A stretch of DNA of 64,000 nt from Nitrospirota bacterium. GTDB taxonomy: Bacteria > Nitrospirota > UBA9217. Position 1 is the first letter of the stretch. Each line of letters opens with the position of its first letter. Below are positions 1 to 10,962 of the stretch, piece by piece. The translations under genes were made by a program, and so were the position numbers. The stretch spans positions 2,112,001 to 2,176,000 of the forward strand of contig CAVTRN010000002.1 of the NCBI GenBank assembly GCA_963737155.1, given 5' to 3'. The notes beneath the pieces were generated by a model. The model saw only the letters and a list, made by a program, of their open reading frames with translations. It did no database searches and had not been told where the DNA came from.

Positions 1-1268
1 CGTATGCGCGGCGAATTACATTTCTTGCTTTAGCGTTTGCGGCCTCAATAAATCCAAGCGGCGCTTTATTATCGCAATACGCCAAAATACCATCCAGATG
101 CTTTTCCACCATACGTGCGAATTTTTGCATCGGCTTCAGTCGACTCCATTTAAGTTGGTCTACCCAACCTCGAAAGAACTTGCGTGCCCATGTTATTGAT
201 TCATAGCTCCACAAGTGCCCAAACGTCTCTTTCATCAAATGCGCCTTAAACAATCGCTTATTTGCTCGCAATGCGTCATTCAGCTCTACCCGCGCATTTC
301 CTCGTACATGGGCTTGACGGGAAAGCAGAATAAATTTTTTCCCCGACAGTCGGCCTTTCATCCATTTCCCGGCCTTTCGGATCTCCTGTACTCGCACAGC
401 ATTAAGAGCTTTTAGTAAGTGTTGGATAACGTGAAACTTATCGTAAATAATCTGCGCACTCGGACAGTGCTTGCGGACACTGTTGCGGAACGGCTTCCAC
501 ATGTCCATTACTGCATGGGTGATTATATGAGCACGCTCTTTGCCAAACCACTTCCAGAACTTGCTCAAGTTGCGTTCTTTTCGCCCTTTCCCCACAAACA
601 GCATCTCGGGACCACGAGGTCCATCCAGAGCGCTTATCATGTGCTTATACTTATGTCCCTTGCCCTTTCCATGGGAAAGTTCATCCATGCCCAATACGTT
701 TATGCCGTCCAGAGGGCGGTTTGCCTGCTCTTCCTGTAACGCCTGTTTATCAATCGCCTTGACCGTATGTCGGTGCAGCATCAGGATATCGCCCACGGCC
801 TTGACCGTTGTCACTTTGCACAATTCCTTGGTTACATGCGCCAATTCTGCGGTGACCCGCGGTCCTCGGACATCTACAAAATCAAGAGGTTCCGATAAAA
901 TCCCGCACGCTTTACAGTTGCCGCGGTAGCGCTCGAATCGGATAAATGTTGGGGTACTCCAAAACAGTAAATGGCGGACCTCAAATTCCTTGCTGTCGTA
1001 TCCACCGATGTCTATCACACCACACTTCGCGCATGTATGAGTTTCATGATCCCGAGCTATCGTAACAATGACGGATATACGTTCCTTTCGGTATCCTATA
1101 TCAAACTCCGTCACATGATGCCCTTGAATTCCTAATAAGCGTGTGAGATAATCTAAATGCATCCGGAAGGCCCCTCCTTGCTTAATGATTGCGAGTCATT
1201 TGCAAGAAGTTAACGCTTTCCGGGTGTCTTTTCAACGCATTTCAGCCCATAGTATCGTGCCAAGAGCC
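1..1268 (-). mobile_element. ISL3-family insertion sequence (partial, runs off left edge)
   Basis: Transposase ORF (next feature). The element end on the - strand begins GGCTCTTGGCACGAT at 1268, and GGCTCT is the usual ISL3 terminal motif. Confidence 0.85.
2..1162 (-). CDS. ISL3-family transposase (3'-truncated by window)
   Basis: Manual translation; absent from the ORF track because it has no stop in the window. MHLDYLTRLLGIQG...CAKCG...CKACG (zinc finger)...GMDE...VMDMWKPF...YDKFHV. RBS AGGAGG upstream. Confidence 0.9.
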   Translation of the reverse strand, partial: MHLDYLTRLLGIQGHHVTEFDIGYRKERISVIVTIARDHETHTCAKCGVIDIGGYDSKEFEVRHLLFWSTPTFIRFERYRGNCKACGILSEPLDFVDVRGPRVTAELAHVTKELCKVTTVKAVGDILMLHRHTVKAIDKQALQEEQANRPLDGINVLGMDELSHGKGKGHKYKHMISALDGPRGPEMLFVGKGRKERNLSKFWKWFGKERAHIITHAVMDMWKPFRNSVRKHCPSAQIIYDKFHVIQHLLKALNAVRVQEIRKAGKWMKGRLSGKKFILLSRQAHVRGNARVELNDALRANKRLFKAHLMKETFGHLWSYESITWARKFFRGWVDQLKWSRLKPMQKFARMVEKHLDGILAYCDNKAPLGFIEAANAKARNVIRRAY

Positions 1269-1512
1269 CACAAAACTTACCACCGTCTAGACTGCACCTA
1301 TGAGACGATACCCCGATTCACCGATAAAAGCGAATAGAATAATTGTCATTAATCCCCCCTGCCGAGAATGGAGCTAGGCCTGTCAAAACAGTTCGAGTTA
1401 CAATAAACATTTTTGAATTTACACAGCCCTCGGCTATGCAAGTCAGGGCTTTTTACCCGAGTACCACGTCTTTCTGTTCCACATTCCTCCTTCCAAATGA
1501 TGCCCAGTTAGT

Positions 1513-4179
1513 CTACTCAGGGTTCGGACCAACTGTAATCTGAACAAAGTCTTTAGGCCGAATCCATTTGGCAAAAGCATCGCGCACCTGCTCCGCCGTG
1601 GTCTTCAGGTATTGGCCAGCGGCCTGGACAGACTCGTCGAGCGGCAGATCTGCGAGCGAACGGGAAAGCAGCATGCCGGCGATGCCGTCCATGCTCGCTT
1701 CGTCTAGTGATACCTGTCTTACGAGAAGCGCCTTGGCGCGCTGTAGTTCTTCCTGCGTGACCGGTGTCGTCTGCATCTCGCGCAGGTTACGCTCCACCAT
1801 TGCCCGTGCTTTGGATTCATTGGGTGGGTCGCAAGCATAGACCACGCTCAAGAGGGATCTTTTCTTTTCTGCCTCGATGACGGATTCAACCGTATAGACC
1901 AAGCCAGCTTTCTCGCGAAGGTCGCGATACAGTCTCGTTGCATAGAATGCGCCGGATAGCACGTGGTTACCAAGCTGAAGTTTATAATAGTCAGGGTGGG
2001 AACGCGTCACCCCGATCGTCTCAGCAAGTGTAACCTGGTCTTGGACACTGTTCGCGTCGGGAATGAGGGACTGCGATGGCCTGTTCGGCGGCACCGGAGG
2101 GAGATCCGTTGGGGGCTTTTCGCCCGCTGCCATCCAGGTGCCGAAATATTTTTCAACTGCAGCCCGTGCACGCTCAGGCGTAACATTGCCGAGCACTACG
2201 ATAGTCGTCATGTCGGGTCGAAAAACCTTTGTATAATAGGCCTTAACGTCCTGCAACGAGAGAGCTGCCACGGACTCCGGTGTGGCGTCGCGGAGCGCCG
2301 GATCGTCCTTGGGATAGAGCGCATCGCGCAGCGCCCGTGTCAAAAGATAGGATGGACTCTGTAGCTGCCCCCGGAGGGAGCTGATGGTTTCTTGCCGTGT
2401 CACCGCGAATGCTGATTCGGGCAGCGCCGGGTGAAGAAGGTTTTCTGAAAGAAGTTCCATCCCGCGCTCGAAACGGTCCGACAGGACTCTAAGGGAGAAC
2501 GCTGTGCCAGCTGATATATCCGCTGCAATATCATCCTGGGCCTTCTGAAAAGCGAGTCGGTCAAGGGACGTTGTCCCATATGAGAAAAGGCTCTCCAGCA
2601 CGCCCGAAACACCTTCCTTGCCCATCGGCTCCTCGAGATCATCGTTGTTTTTTACCTCCCCAACAACGCTTACCGCGCGACTAATACTCTCCTGCTGGAT
2701 AATCAGGCGGATCCCATTCGGAAGCTTGGTCACGATCGGGTTTACCTTCGATGTTGGTAGAGTGGGCACTGCCTCTGCTTTTTTGGCCCAGACTGGCAAT
2801 TCCACCGGTTTTGTTTCACTCGGCGTAAAAGCTTCCTTGCCCCCAAAGCCCTTCAAAACCACGGGCTTACCCGAAGGACGCGATGTGAGAACAGCCGTAA
2901 TGGCCGTATCATTAACCAGATACTGTCTAGCTATGCGAATCACGTCCTCTACGGTCACCTTCTTGATTGCAATGATGTTGTCTTCAGGAGAGCTACGGCC
3001 CTCGATTGCGACGGCATCGGACCATGCAGATGCGAGCTCTGAAACTGAATTCTTCTGGAATTCCGCTTCTGCTATCTCTTGGCGCTTGGCTGCTTCGACG
3101 AGGTCAGCCGGCACGCCATTCTTAATATAGCCGGCAATGATGTTCTTTATCACGCTCACGAGCGCCGTTCCATCCCCTCCCTGGGGAAACGAAGCAAGAG
3201 CATAGCCGTAAGCCGCTTTGGGCAGAGCGTCTCCTTCAAAGCTGGTAAAGAGCGCTTTCCCCTCGGGGACCAAGGCGTAGAGATTTCCCCTCTTGCTATC
3301 GAGCACGTCAGCGAGGATCGTTCCTGCAGCGAAATCAGGGTTGCCATATCCGGGCAGGCGATAGGCCACGACCGCAAGATCGTAGGGAAGATCTGTCTCA
3401 AAAGCAATAGATCCCGCCTTGAGTGGTTGAAGATTAATTGTTGGTCTTGCAGGCAGAGACCGCCTAGGGATCGACTCGAACAGTTCCTTCACTTTGGCCA
3501 GAGTTTTCTGGAGATCTACGTCGCCTACAATGACAAGAACCGCATTGTTTGGAACGTACCAAGCATCATGGAACTGCTTCAGCATGGCAGCCGTGGTCTT
3601 CTGGAACGAGGGACGCGTACCGAGCGCGTCATGAGCATAAGGCGTTTTCGAGAACATTTGCTCTAAAAGCTGCACGGAAAAAAGATAATCCGGGCTGGAC
3701 ATGTCCTCTGCCACCTCCTGCTCGATCGCTCCCCGTTCCTGTTCCCACAGCTCCTGAGAATCGAGTACGTCGCGCATGCGCACAGCCTCCACGTGCAGGG
3801 CCACGTCCAGTTCGTCTTTCGGCACGGTCAAATAATACCGGGTCACAGTCTGCTGAGTTTCGGCGTTAAACTCGCCACCCATTAGCGCCATGATATTCGC
3901 GAGTTGAGCCGCAGACAGCCCCGGGCTTCCTCGAAACATCATGTGTTCCTGCGCATGGGCCATTCCCGGAAACCCCTCTGGAGCTTCATCAGAACCGACG
4001 AGATAGTTCATCTCCGTAGTCACCACCGGCGCCAGCGGGTTTTCTACGATTACCACATACAGGCCATTCGCAAGCGTTGCGCGGAGAACGTCTCCGTTCG
4101 CACCAAACGATTTTGGTGACATAACGAGCAGAAATAATATCATGACAAATAAAAGGATGGGGGACTTGCGAGTTATCAT
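1513..4179 (-). CDS. M16-family (pitrilysin/PqqL-like) zinc protease, secreted
   Basis: Signal peptide, inverted zinc motif HAQEH, duplicated M16 domains. Start taken at the RBS-supported ATG; the ORF is open to 4209. Confidence 0.9.
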   Translation of the reverse strand: MITRKSPILLFVMILFLLVMSPKSFGANGDVLRATLANGLYVVIVENPLAPVVTTEMNYLVGSDEAPEGFPGMAHAQEHMMFRGSPGLSAAQLANIMALMGGEFNAETQQTVTRYYLTVPKDELDVALHVEAVRMRDVLDSQELWEQERGAIEQEVAEDMSSPDYLFSVQLLEQMFSKTPYAHDALGTRPSFQKTTAAMLKQFHDAWYVPNNAVLVIVGDVDLQKTLAKVKELFESIPRRSLPARPTINLQPLKAGSIAFETDLPYDLAVVAYRLPGYGNPDFAAGTILADVLDSKRGNLYALVPEGKALFTSFEGDALPKAAYGYALASFPQGGDGTALVSVIKNIIAGYIKNGVPADLVEAAKRQEIAEAEFQKNSVSELASAWSDAVAIEGRSSPEDNIIAIKKVTVEDVIRIARQYLVNDTAITAVLTSRPSGKPVVLKGFGGKEAFTPSETKPVELPVWAKKAEAVPTLPTSKVNPIVTKLPNGIRLIIQQESISRAVSVVGEVKNNDDLEEPMGKEGVSGVLESLFSYGTTSLDRLAFQKAQDDIAADISAGTAFSLRVLSDRFERGMELLSENLLHPALPESAFAVTRQETISSLRGQLQSPSYLLTRALRDALYPKDDPALRDATPESVAALSLQDVKAYYTKVFRPDMTTIVVLGNVTPERARAAVEKYFGTWMAAGEKPPTDLPPVPPNRPSQSLIPDANSVQDQVTLAETIGVTRSHPDYYKLQLGNHVLSGAFYATRLYRDLREKAGLVYTVESVIEAEKKRSLLSVVYACDPPNESKARAMVERNLREMQTTPVTQEELQRAKALLVRQVSLDEASMDGIAGMLLSRSLADLPLDESVQAAGQYLKTTAEQVRDAFAKWIRPKDFVQITVGPNPE

Positions 4180-4572
4180 AACAATCTCCGCGAGGAATGT
4201 AGAATGCAATCGCTGGTATTATTTTTTTTAATCATCGCTGATTTCCATATAAAGTCTTTAATTTAATACTTCAATAACGCTTCGACGTTGCCATCGCTGC
4301 CACAATTGTCGACGACAAATATTTCGGATGAAACCTTTTGCACTGTCAGGAATATCAAATCATAACAATCGGGCAGAAGCTATTTCGTATTCCAGTTTAT
4401 AATGATTGTAGAAATATCGCTGGCTTATTGTCAGAGCCTTTTATCAATCCGTGCCTCCAAAAGGCAAGAAACACCCATATGCACGTCTAGCGCCACCTGG
4501 CCGAGAAAGCAGATCTTGTTGGACATCTTGCAATTCAATCAAATCCATGAGAGGGCCGCTCCTCCACCAACG

Positions 4573-5973
4573 TCAGTGTCCGCCGCCAGAACCGCCAGGC
4601 CCTCCTTGGCCCTGTGGCTGCCCGTGGTGGAACGGATTTTGAGGCGTAAAGGGACTCCGTTCCTCCTCGGTCGGGCCCTTTGCGGTTTCCCGCGTGCGTT
4701 CGCCGACAACGACACGTACTCCTTCCGTCAAACCATTACTTTCGACCTCAGTCACCATGCCGTCCGACAATCCGACGTTCACATCGACGGGCCGGACGAA
4801 CTTGCCTTGCTCGATCCAGATGATTCCGTGCGTTTGTGGCGCACCACCAGCGCCAGGCCCACCACCGCTTTCGCGGTTCGAGGAACCCCCGTAAAGGTGA
4901 TGAGACGCTAGCTGGGGCCCTGGAGCGATCTGGTCGGGCCGTGGCGACCAATGTAGCGCCTCATTAGGCACAAGCAACACGTCTTGTAAGCGTCCGATCT
5001 TGAACTGCGCGTTGGCTGTCAGGAAGGGCAACAGTTTGCCGTCATCGTTGGGGGTGTTTACCTCAACGGTGTAAGTGACGACATTCTGCGCCATCGTCGC
5101 GTTGAGCCGAATTTTACCTACGCGTCCTTCAAATGTCTGGTTGGGATAAGCATCAACAGTAAACGTTACTGGCTGGTCTTTAGCAATGCTGCCTATGTCG
5201 GCTTCGTTGACCGATGCCCAAACCTGGACGCGCTTGAGGTTTGTCGCTATAAGGAACAGACTCGGCGCGCTGAAGCTGGAAACCACAGTCTGGCCGAGTG
5301 TGACTTGCCGGTCAATAATCACACCTTTAACCGGTGACTTGACGGTACAGTAATCGAGATTGATCTTCGCACTGGTGAAGCTGGCCTTCGCCTGCGCGAT
5401 GGCAGCGATCGCTTGCTTCACGGCAGCCATGGCCGCCGCCAAGTTGGCCTTCGCGGTCTCGTAAGTGGCTTGGTACTGGTCATAGGTGGTCTGCGCCAAC
5501 GCGTCGGATGGACCAAGCTTCTGCGCTCGAGTCCAATCATTTTGGGCCTCCACCAGCTTCGCTTTCATCTGAAGCACATTGGAGTCGGCAACGATCTTGT
5601 TGGCTTCGGACTGCCGCAATTGGGCCTTGGCGGCATTCAGAGCGGCGACATAGAGTGAATCATCAATTTTCGCAAGCACTGTTCCCTTCTCTACGGCTGA
5701 ACCATAATCAATGGCCTTCCCAGACTTGTCTATGCCGAAGGACATAATAATCCCGCCAACCTGAGCGCCCACGTCTACTATTTGAACCGGTTCCACCGTG
5801 CCCGAAGCGCTAATCGTGGCTACTACGTCTCCTCGTTTAACCGATTCGGTTCGGAATGTCGGCTCCTTGTTCCCTTTGGACCGGAACCACCAACCAGCGA
5901 TGCCCATCACGGCAAGCACCCCAACTAATGAAATTATGATTCCGACTCTCCGCGGCATGATTTTCAGCATCAT
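4573..5973 (-). CDS. Efflux periplasmic adaptor / membrane fusion protein (MacA/HlyD-like)
   Basis: N-terminal TM, VGAQVGG, alpha-hairpin, KSPVKGVII, GQTVVSSFSAPSLF, Gly-rich tail. Confidence 0.9.
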   Translation of the reverse strand: MMLKIMPRRVGIIISLVGVLAVMGIAGWWFRSKGNKEPTFRTESVKRGDVVATISASGTVEPVQIVDVGAQVGGIIMSFGIDKSGKAIDYGSAVEKGTVLAKIDDSLYVAALNAAKAQLRQSEANKIVADSNVLQMKAKLVEAQNDWTRAQKLGPSDALAQTTYDQYQATYETAKANLAAAMAAVKQAIAAIAQAKASFTSAKINLDYCTVKSPVKGVIIDRQVTLGQTVVSSFSAPSLFLIATNLKRVQVWASVNEADIGSIAKDQPVTFTVDAYPNQTFEGRVGKIRLNATMAQNVVTYTVEVNTPNDDGKLLPFLTANAQFKIGRLQDVLLVPNEALHWSPRPDQIAPGPQLASHHLYGGSSNRESGGGPGAGGAPQTHGIIWIEQGKFVRPVDVNVGLSDGMVTEVESNGLTEGVRVVVGERTRETAKGPTEEERSPFTPQNPFHHGQPQGQGGPGGSGGGH

Positions 5974-6730
5974 TTCCTCTCCGGATTATAACTTATTCGC
6001 CTTCCGTCAGACTGCTCGCTCGCCGAGTTTAATATACTAAATATTTTTGCCATGGTGTAACAAGTTGTAACGTTTCGTAAAGGCAATACTCTATGTAGAG
6101 TCACGCATTGAAGGGTGGCCATTCGGGCTGTTTAAGTGATAAAGGCGTCGGAGCAACGATTAGTGCTGCGAAAAGGCTTTTCGCTGGCGCGGCCTTAGGT
6201 GCCAACTCGGGTCAGGTTTATGGACTGAAGGCGTAATGTCGATATGATTTATGATACCAGCAAGACATATATGTATGCCAACGGGAACATTGTCCAAGAG
6301 AAATATAATCCTATCGTGCTCAGAGATCCCCGCAACCACTTTTCCCCCTTCGGGCACGGATTCCAATTCTCCCACATTCAGTATCTCCGATATAAAATTG
6401 TCCCCAAACCTGGGTTGTACATACTTATTTTGACAACGGTGATGATAAAAGGTTTAAATACCCTTGATTTAAGGTCTAACATATATGTGTTCAGGAAACA
6501 AACAGAATCTAATCCCAAGAGTCAATGCAGCAAGACATGATATATAATCATTTGGTGATTCGATGATGTCGCATGGCATTTTATGGCACGCTATCTAATA
6601 TATTAATAGAATTCGGGCGCATTTACGAAAAACTTCTGCGAATTCGTGAGATTTTTTTGTGCCTTTCCATGCGCTAGCTTCATAACGAAACGCTATGAAC
6701 AATCCATCAAAATTCATCCGAAAAATGATC

Positions 6731-8353
6731 TCAGAATGTCTGGCTTTTACTGAACAGTCCGGATGCCCCGCTGGGAGCGGGCGGCATCGCTTCAACGATC
6801 TGTGGGGTGTTGCTCCCGTCATAACAGCGCACTGTGAAAGTGTGTTTGCCCGGCTCGAACGGCCAGTCATAGCGCCAGATCACCCATGTCATTTGCGACA
6901 AAGGAGTTCTAATCTCAGCCGCCCTCCAGGGGCCGTCATCAACCCGCAATTCGACCCTCGAGACTCCGCGGGCGCCCGCGTGGGCGATGCCGCCGATGGG
7001 CACCAGTTTCCGCTGGTCAGCGCTAATTATAGTCATATCGACAGCGATGGTGTCGATCACGGACGTTGCCTTCATCTTTGCGACCTTGTCCCAGCCACGG
7101 ACCACCCAGTAGCCCGGTTCCCAATGGTCCATTGCCTCGATGGAATCGATCCATTTGGGCTGTTTCATCCCGTGTACGTCCGGAATGTAGATCCGCAGCG
7201 GAAAGCCATGGTCTTCAAGCAGCGGCACCCCGTCCCAGGAATATGCCAGCATTACCCGCTCGTCTGCCACGATCGTCGCGAGGGGCAGGGTTTCCCAAAA
7301 TCCGTCTGCTGAACTGATTTTCAGGTGCGTGGCGCTGGGCTTCAGGCCGAGGTCAGGCAGGAGACTCTTCAGGCTGACACCGGTCCAGCGGGTTGTTCCT
7401 ATAAGATCGCCACCCACCGGATTGGAGATGCAGGACAGAGTGACGAACTGGTGCAAGGGTTCATAACGCTGGATGTCGTCCAGGCTGAAGGACAGAGGCT
7501 TTTCGACAAGGCCTCCTATTTTGAGCCGCCACATCATGCCATCGATCTTCGGCGGGGTCGTGTTGATGTCAATGCGGTAGTGCCGCTCCAGGGGGGTGAA
7601 TTCGGGTCGTGTGCCGGGTGCAGGTTTGACCGCGGCCCCGGCGTTCGGCAGGACGTGCGTTGCGGACCAAGGCATCAGACTCGACAGTTTCATCCGGCTG
7701 TGGCGCTCCGACAGAAGACCTACCATTGCCCCGCTCACCGTGATGGTCGCAGTGAACCCCGCAAGCCGGACCAGGAATTTACGCCGGCTGACCCGCTGAA
7801 CGGATGGCAGGTCCGAAACCCGTTCAACGGACGCGCTGAGGTCGGACAGTCGCAGGTAAGACACACCGAAAGCCATCCCCCAGGAGGAAAAGACGAACAG
7901 GATCCAGAGCGCGCTAACCATCGGCGGTGCGACGGCTGTCTTGCCGAGATAGGAACTGATGAGCACGGCGGGAATGGCAGCGAACAATCCAAGGAAAAAG
8001 CCAGATACGTAAGCATAGCGGCCTCGCAGCACGCGCAGCACGCTGAAGAGAATGGCGCCGGCAACGACGCCTGTGATGAACAGGCCGGCAATCCCTATCG
8101 TCTGCTCAATAATCTTGGCTGCTACAGATGTGGGACCCAAGCGCAACCCCCGAATGGCAGCAACCATGGCGCTGATGATAAATTCGATGAACGCTCCAGG
8201 CAGTACGCGGGTCGTCCAGTCGAATACATCAAAAGGGACGAAGGGCAGGTCCGCCAGCCTCCATCCCGCGTAAAAGACGGCGATCAGTGCTGCGGTCAGC
8301 ATTGCCCCGACCAATGATCCCACAAAAACTCCCGGCGTGTTCTGCCTCTTCAT
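6731..8353 (-). CDS. Membrane-anchored molybdopterin oxidoreductase, sulfite oxidase family
   Basis: Several N-terminal TMs, internal SRRKFL, Mo-ligand motif TLSCISNPVGG, HGFPLR and KQPKW, C-terminal dimerisation domain. Confidence 0.88.
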   Translation of the reverse strand: MKRQNTPGVFVGSLVGAMLTAALIAVFYAGWRLADLPFVPFDVFDWTTRVLPGAFIEFIISAMVAAIRGLRLGPTSVAAKIIEQTIGIAGLFITGVVAGAILFSVLRVLRGRYAYVSGFFLGLFAAIPAVLISSYLGKTAVAPPMVSALWILFVFSSWGMAFGVSYLRLSDLSASVERVSDLPSVQRVSRRKFLVRLAGFTATITVSGAMVGLLSERHSRMKLSSLMPWSATHVLPNAGAAVKPAPGTRPEFTPLERHYRIDINTTPPKIDGMMWRLKIGGLVEKPLSFSLDDIQRYEPLHQFVTLSCISNPVGGDLIGTTRWTGVSLKSLLPDLGLKPSATHLKISSADGFWETLPLATIVADERVMLAYSWDGVPLLEDHGFPLRIYIPDVHGMKQPKWIDSIEAMDHWEPGYWVVRGWDKVAKMKATSVIDTIAVDMTIISADQRKLVPIGGIAHAGARGVSRVELRVDDGPWRAAEIRTPLSQMTWVIWRYDWPFEPGKHTFTVRCYDGSNTPQIVEAMPPAPSGASGLFSKSQTF

Positions 8354-8746
8354 GGTCTATTCCCCCCTTCTCGATAAAATAGGGTGGCTAATCCGAGTTC
8401 GGTCATTCGCTGTCACTATTTCAACATTATCAGCAGTAAAGAGCGGAATTATTATTTTAGAGGCCACTTTTAAAAAGTGGTTATCCGAATCTGGTAGTTA
8501 TTGTCAAGAACTTTAACGTTTTTATGTTTTTTTTATAAATATACTTCTCTTTCTTCTGAGAATCACAAAACTCTAAACCTTAGTTACTCCACTCAACCGA
8601 TACAATATATTGAGCTGTTTCGCCGGCTGCACTATGATATTGCATAGACTTTGATATACATTCATTTATAATGATATCATTAATGAAGACCAGAGGTGCA
8701 GTGGTGTGAAATTTTTTTTCATTTTTGCACTTTATCGGCACAAAGA

Positions 8747-9847
8747 CTACTCAAGCGTCGTATGAAACCGCCGGAAGCTGGCAACGACGCTGACCACTGC
8801 TATGATGGCCAGATACACAATATGGGTGGCGACATAGTCTATTTCCCCGCCTTTGAGCATGATGTTGCGAAGAAGACCCATATAATGCGTGAGCGGGTCA
8901 AAAAAAGAAAGCCATCGTATGGAATCGGGCATGTTTTCTACAGGGAACAGTATTCCCGAGAACATGATCATCGGGAAGTTGAATAGAAGCCCGGCAAGGG
9001 TCGCCTGTTGCTGGTTCTTGCAGTAGGTGGAAATCAGGGTCCCAAAAGCTACGGCAGTGCATACAAAAGCGAAGGCCGCAATGAACAAGGCAATCAAGGA
9101 ACCGCGCATAGGGACATGGAAGGCAAACACCGCTACCCCCAGAATCAATGGCACGTTGGACATTCCCAAGAGAACGTAGGGGATCGTCTTGCCATAAATG
9201 ACTTCGGACCGTGATACGGGTGCTGAGATTAGCATCTCAAACGTCCCCATCTCTTTTTCCCGCACGATGGATATATTGGACAACACCATCGTCGAGATGA
9301 GCATGAGCATGCACATCACGCCGGGGACCAGGAAAATTGATGTTTCGAGTGCAGGGTTGAAGAGCACGCGCGTGCTCACCTGGATGGGGAGAGCGGGCTG
9401 AGTAAGCTTAAGATCATCCACAACCGTCTGCTGAACGATGTTTTGCACATATGCTTCTATGGACTGGGCCTCGATCACGTTCGTAGCGTTCACGAGAAGT
9501 TGAAGTTTCGCATCTCCACGTCCGAGCGCGCGCGTGAACCCACCGGGAGGCGGAACGAGTACGGCATCGGCATCGTCCGCCTTGATTATGATGAAGGGAT
9601 CCTGTTCCTTGCTCCTGGCAGGAATGAACCACTTCCCGGCAATGCACCGTTCGTAGATATCGCGCAAAACAGTATCTTTAGTATGAAACATTGCCGCGAG
9701 CCTGATGTTTTTGACTTCGTTCGAGAGTGCGAGACCGAAGAGCGTCAGTTGAATCACCGGCATCACAAAGAGCAAGACACGCATCCTAGGGTCCCGGAGG
9801 GTTTGAACCAGTTCCTTTTTTATGAATCCTATAAGTGTTCGGTTCAT
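8747..9847 (-). CDS. ABC-2 type exporter permease (YbhR-like)
   Basis: KKELVQTLRDPR, REKEMGTFE. Start at MNRTL overlaps the upstream stop. Confidence 0.88.
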   Translation of the reverse strand: MNRTLIGFIKKELVQTLRDPRMRVLLFVMPVIQLTLFGLALSNEVKNIRLAAMFHTKDTVLRDIYERCIAGKWFIPARSKEQDPFIIIKADDADAVLVPPPGGFTRALGRGDAKLQLLVNATNVIEAQSIEAYVQNIVQQTVVDDLKLTQPALPIQVSTRVLFNPALETSIFLVPGVMCMLMLISTMVLSNISIVREKEMGTFEMLISAPVSRSEVIYGKTIPYVLLGMSNVPLILGVAVFAFHVPMRGSLIALFIAAFAFVCTAVAFGTLISTYCKNQQQATLAGLLFNFPMIMFSGILFPVENMPDSIRWLSFFDPLTHYMGLLRNIMLKGGEIDYVATHIVYLAIIAVVSVVASFRRFHTTLE

Positions 9848-10962
9848 GGCTCGAGGTCCCTCTTGAACCGCCGCGTTGCTAGGAAAATCATAAGCACGCA
9901 GAAAAACATGAGTGCTAGAAACGGTCCACCAAGTTCGATCAAGCTCGACCCCTTCAAGAACGTGTCTCGTGCAATCAGCATGAACCAACGTGCCGGCAGA
10001 ATCATCGTGAAATACTGAAAGAACGGGGGCATGCTCGCGATAGGGAAGATAAAGCCGGAAAGCAGGTTCGACGGCAGATAGCCGGAAATCATTGCAAACT
10101 GCATGGCAACCGTTTGTTTGCGTGTTACCACAGAGATGAGAAGCCCCTGAGCAAGATACGTTATAAGGAAGAGCAGGCAGCCCAGGCCGAATACCCAGAG
10201 GTTTCCCACAAAGGGGACGCCGAATACTGTCCTGGCAATGACATACACGAATACCACAGCGATGATCCCGAGGATACCGTAGGGAGCAAGCTTTCCGACG
10301 ATGATTTCAAGCGGCTGCACGGGTGTGGATAGGAGCAGCTCCATGGAGCCGTTTTCCCACTCCCGTGCAACCGTAAGTGCAGTCAGCAGAATCGAGAGAA
10401 TTGACATTACCACAACAGTAAGTCCGGGGATTACAAACCACTTGCTGTTCAGCTCGGGATTGAATAAAAACCTCGTCCGTATCTCATAGGGAGGAGTCGG
10501 ATCAAAATCGCCGATTCGTTGAGAGGCTATATTCTGGATGCTGCTCACATACCCCAAAACGGGGCCGACGGTCGAGTTGTCGGAACCATCGACCAGGATC
10601 TGTGCTTCGGCGCCCCTGCCGGCAAAGAGATCCCGTTCAAAACGCGGGGGAATGATCAAGGCTGCACGCGCGTGTTCTGCGGACACCTCGGTAAAGGCAT
10701 CATGGGGCGATGATACGCGATGGATCAGAAAGTAATCGGAACTTCCAAAGGTATCCAGAAGCCTCCGGGAACTCTGCGTCTGGTCCGAATCGCTCACCGC
10801 AAGGGCCACATTCTTCACGTTGAACTCGATGGCAACGCCAAACATGACAACCATGAAAACAGGCAATACCAGCGCGGCTCCGAGGGTCGTAGGATCCCGA
10901 AGAATATGATAAACTTCTTTTCTTGCTACCGCGAGGGACCTGCGCCAAACAAAGTTTTTCAT
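9844..10962 (-). CDS. ABC-2 type exporter permease (YbhS-like)
   Basis: KEVYHILRD, FNPELNS, AREWENGSMELL. Confidence 0.88.
   Translation of the reverse strand: MKNFVWRRSLAVARKEVYHILRDPTTLGAALVLPVFMVVMFGVAIEFNVKNVALAVSDSDQTQSSRRLLDTFGSSDYFLIHRVSSPHDAFTEVSAEHARAALIIPPRFERDLFAGRGAEAQILVDGSDNSTVGPVLGYVSSIQNIASQRIGDFDPTPPYEIRTRFLFNPELNSKWFVIPGLTVVVMSILSILLTALTVAREWENGSMELLLSTPVQPLEIIVGKLAPYGILGIIAVVFVYVIARTVFGVPFVGNLWVFGLGCLLFLITYLAQGLLISVVTRKQTVAMQFAMISGYLPSNLLSGFIFPIASMPPFFQYFTMILPARWFMLIARDTFLKGSSLIELGGPFLALMFFCVLMIFLATRRFKRDLEP

Noticed and set aside
7325-8317. Long + strand ORF (330 aa) and similar antisense ORFs such as 53838-54776 and 55326-56165
   Set aside because: Shadow frames opposite well-supported genes.
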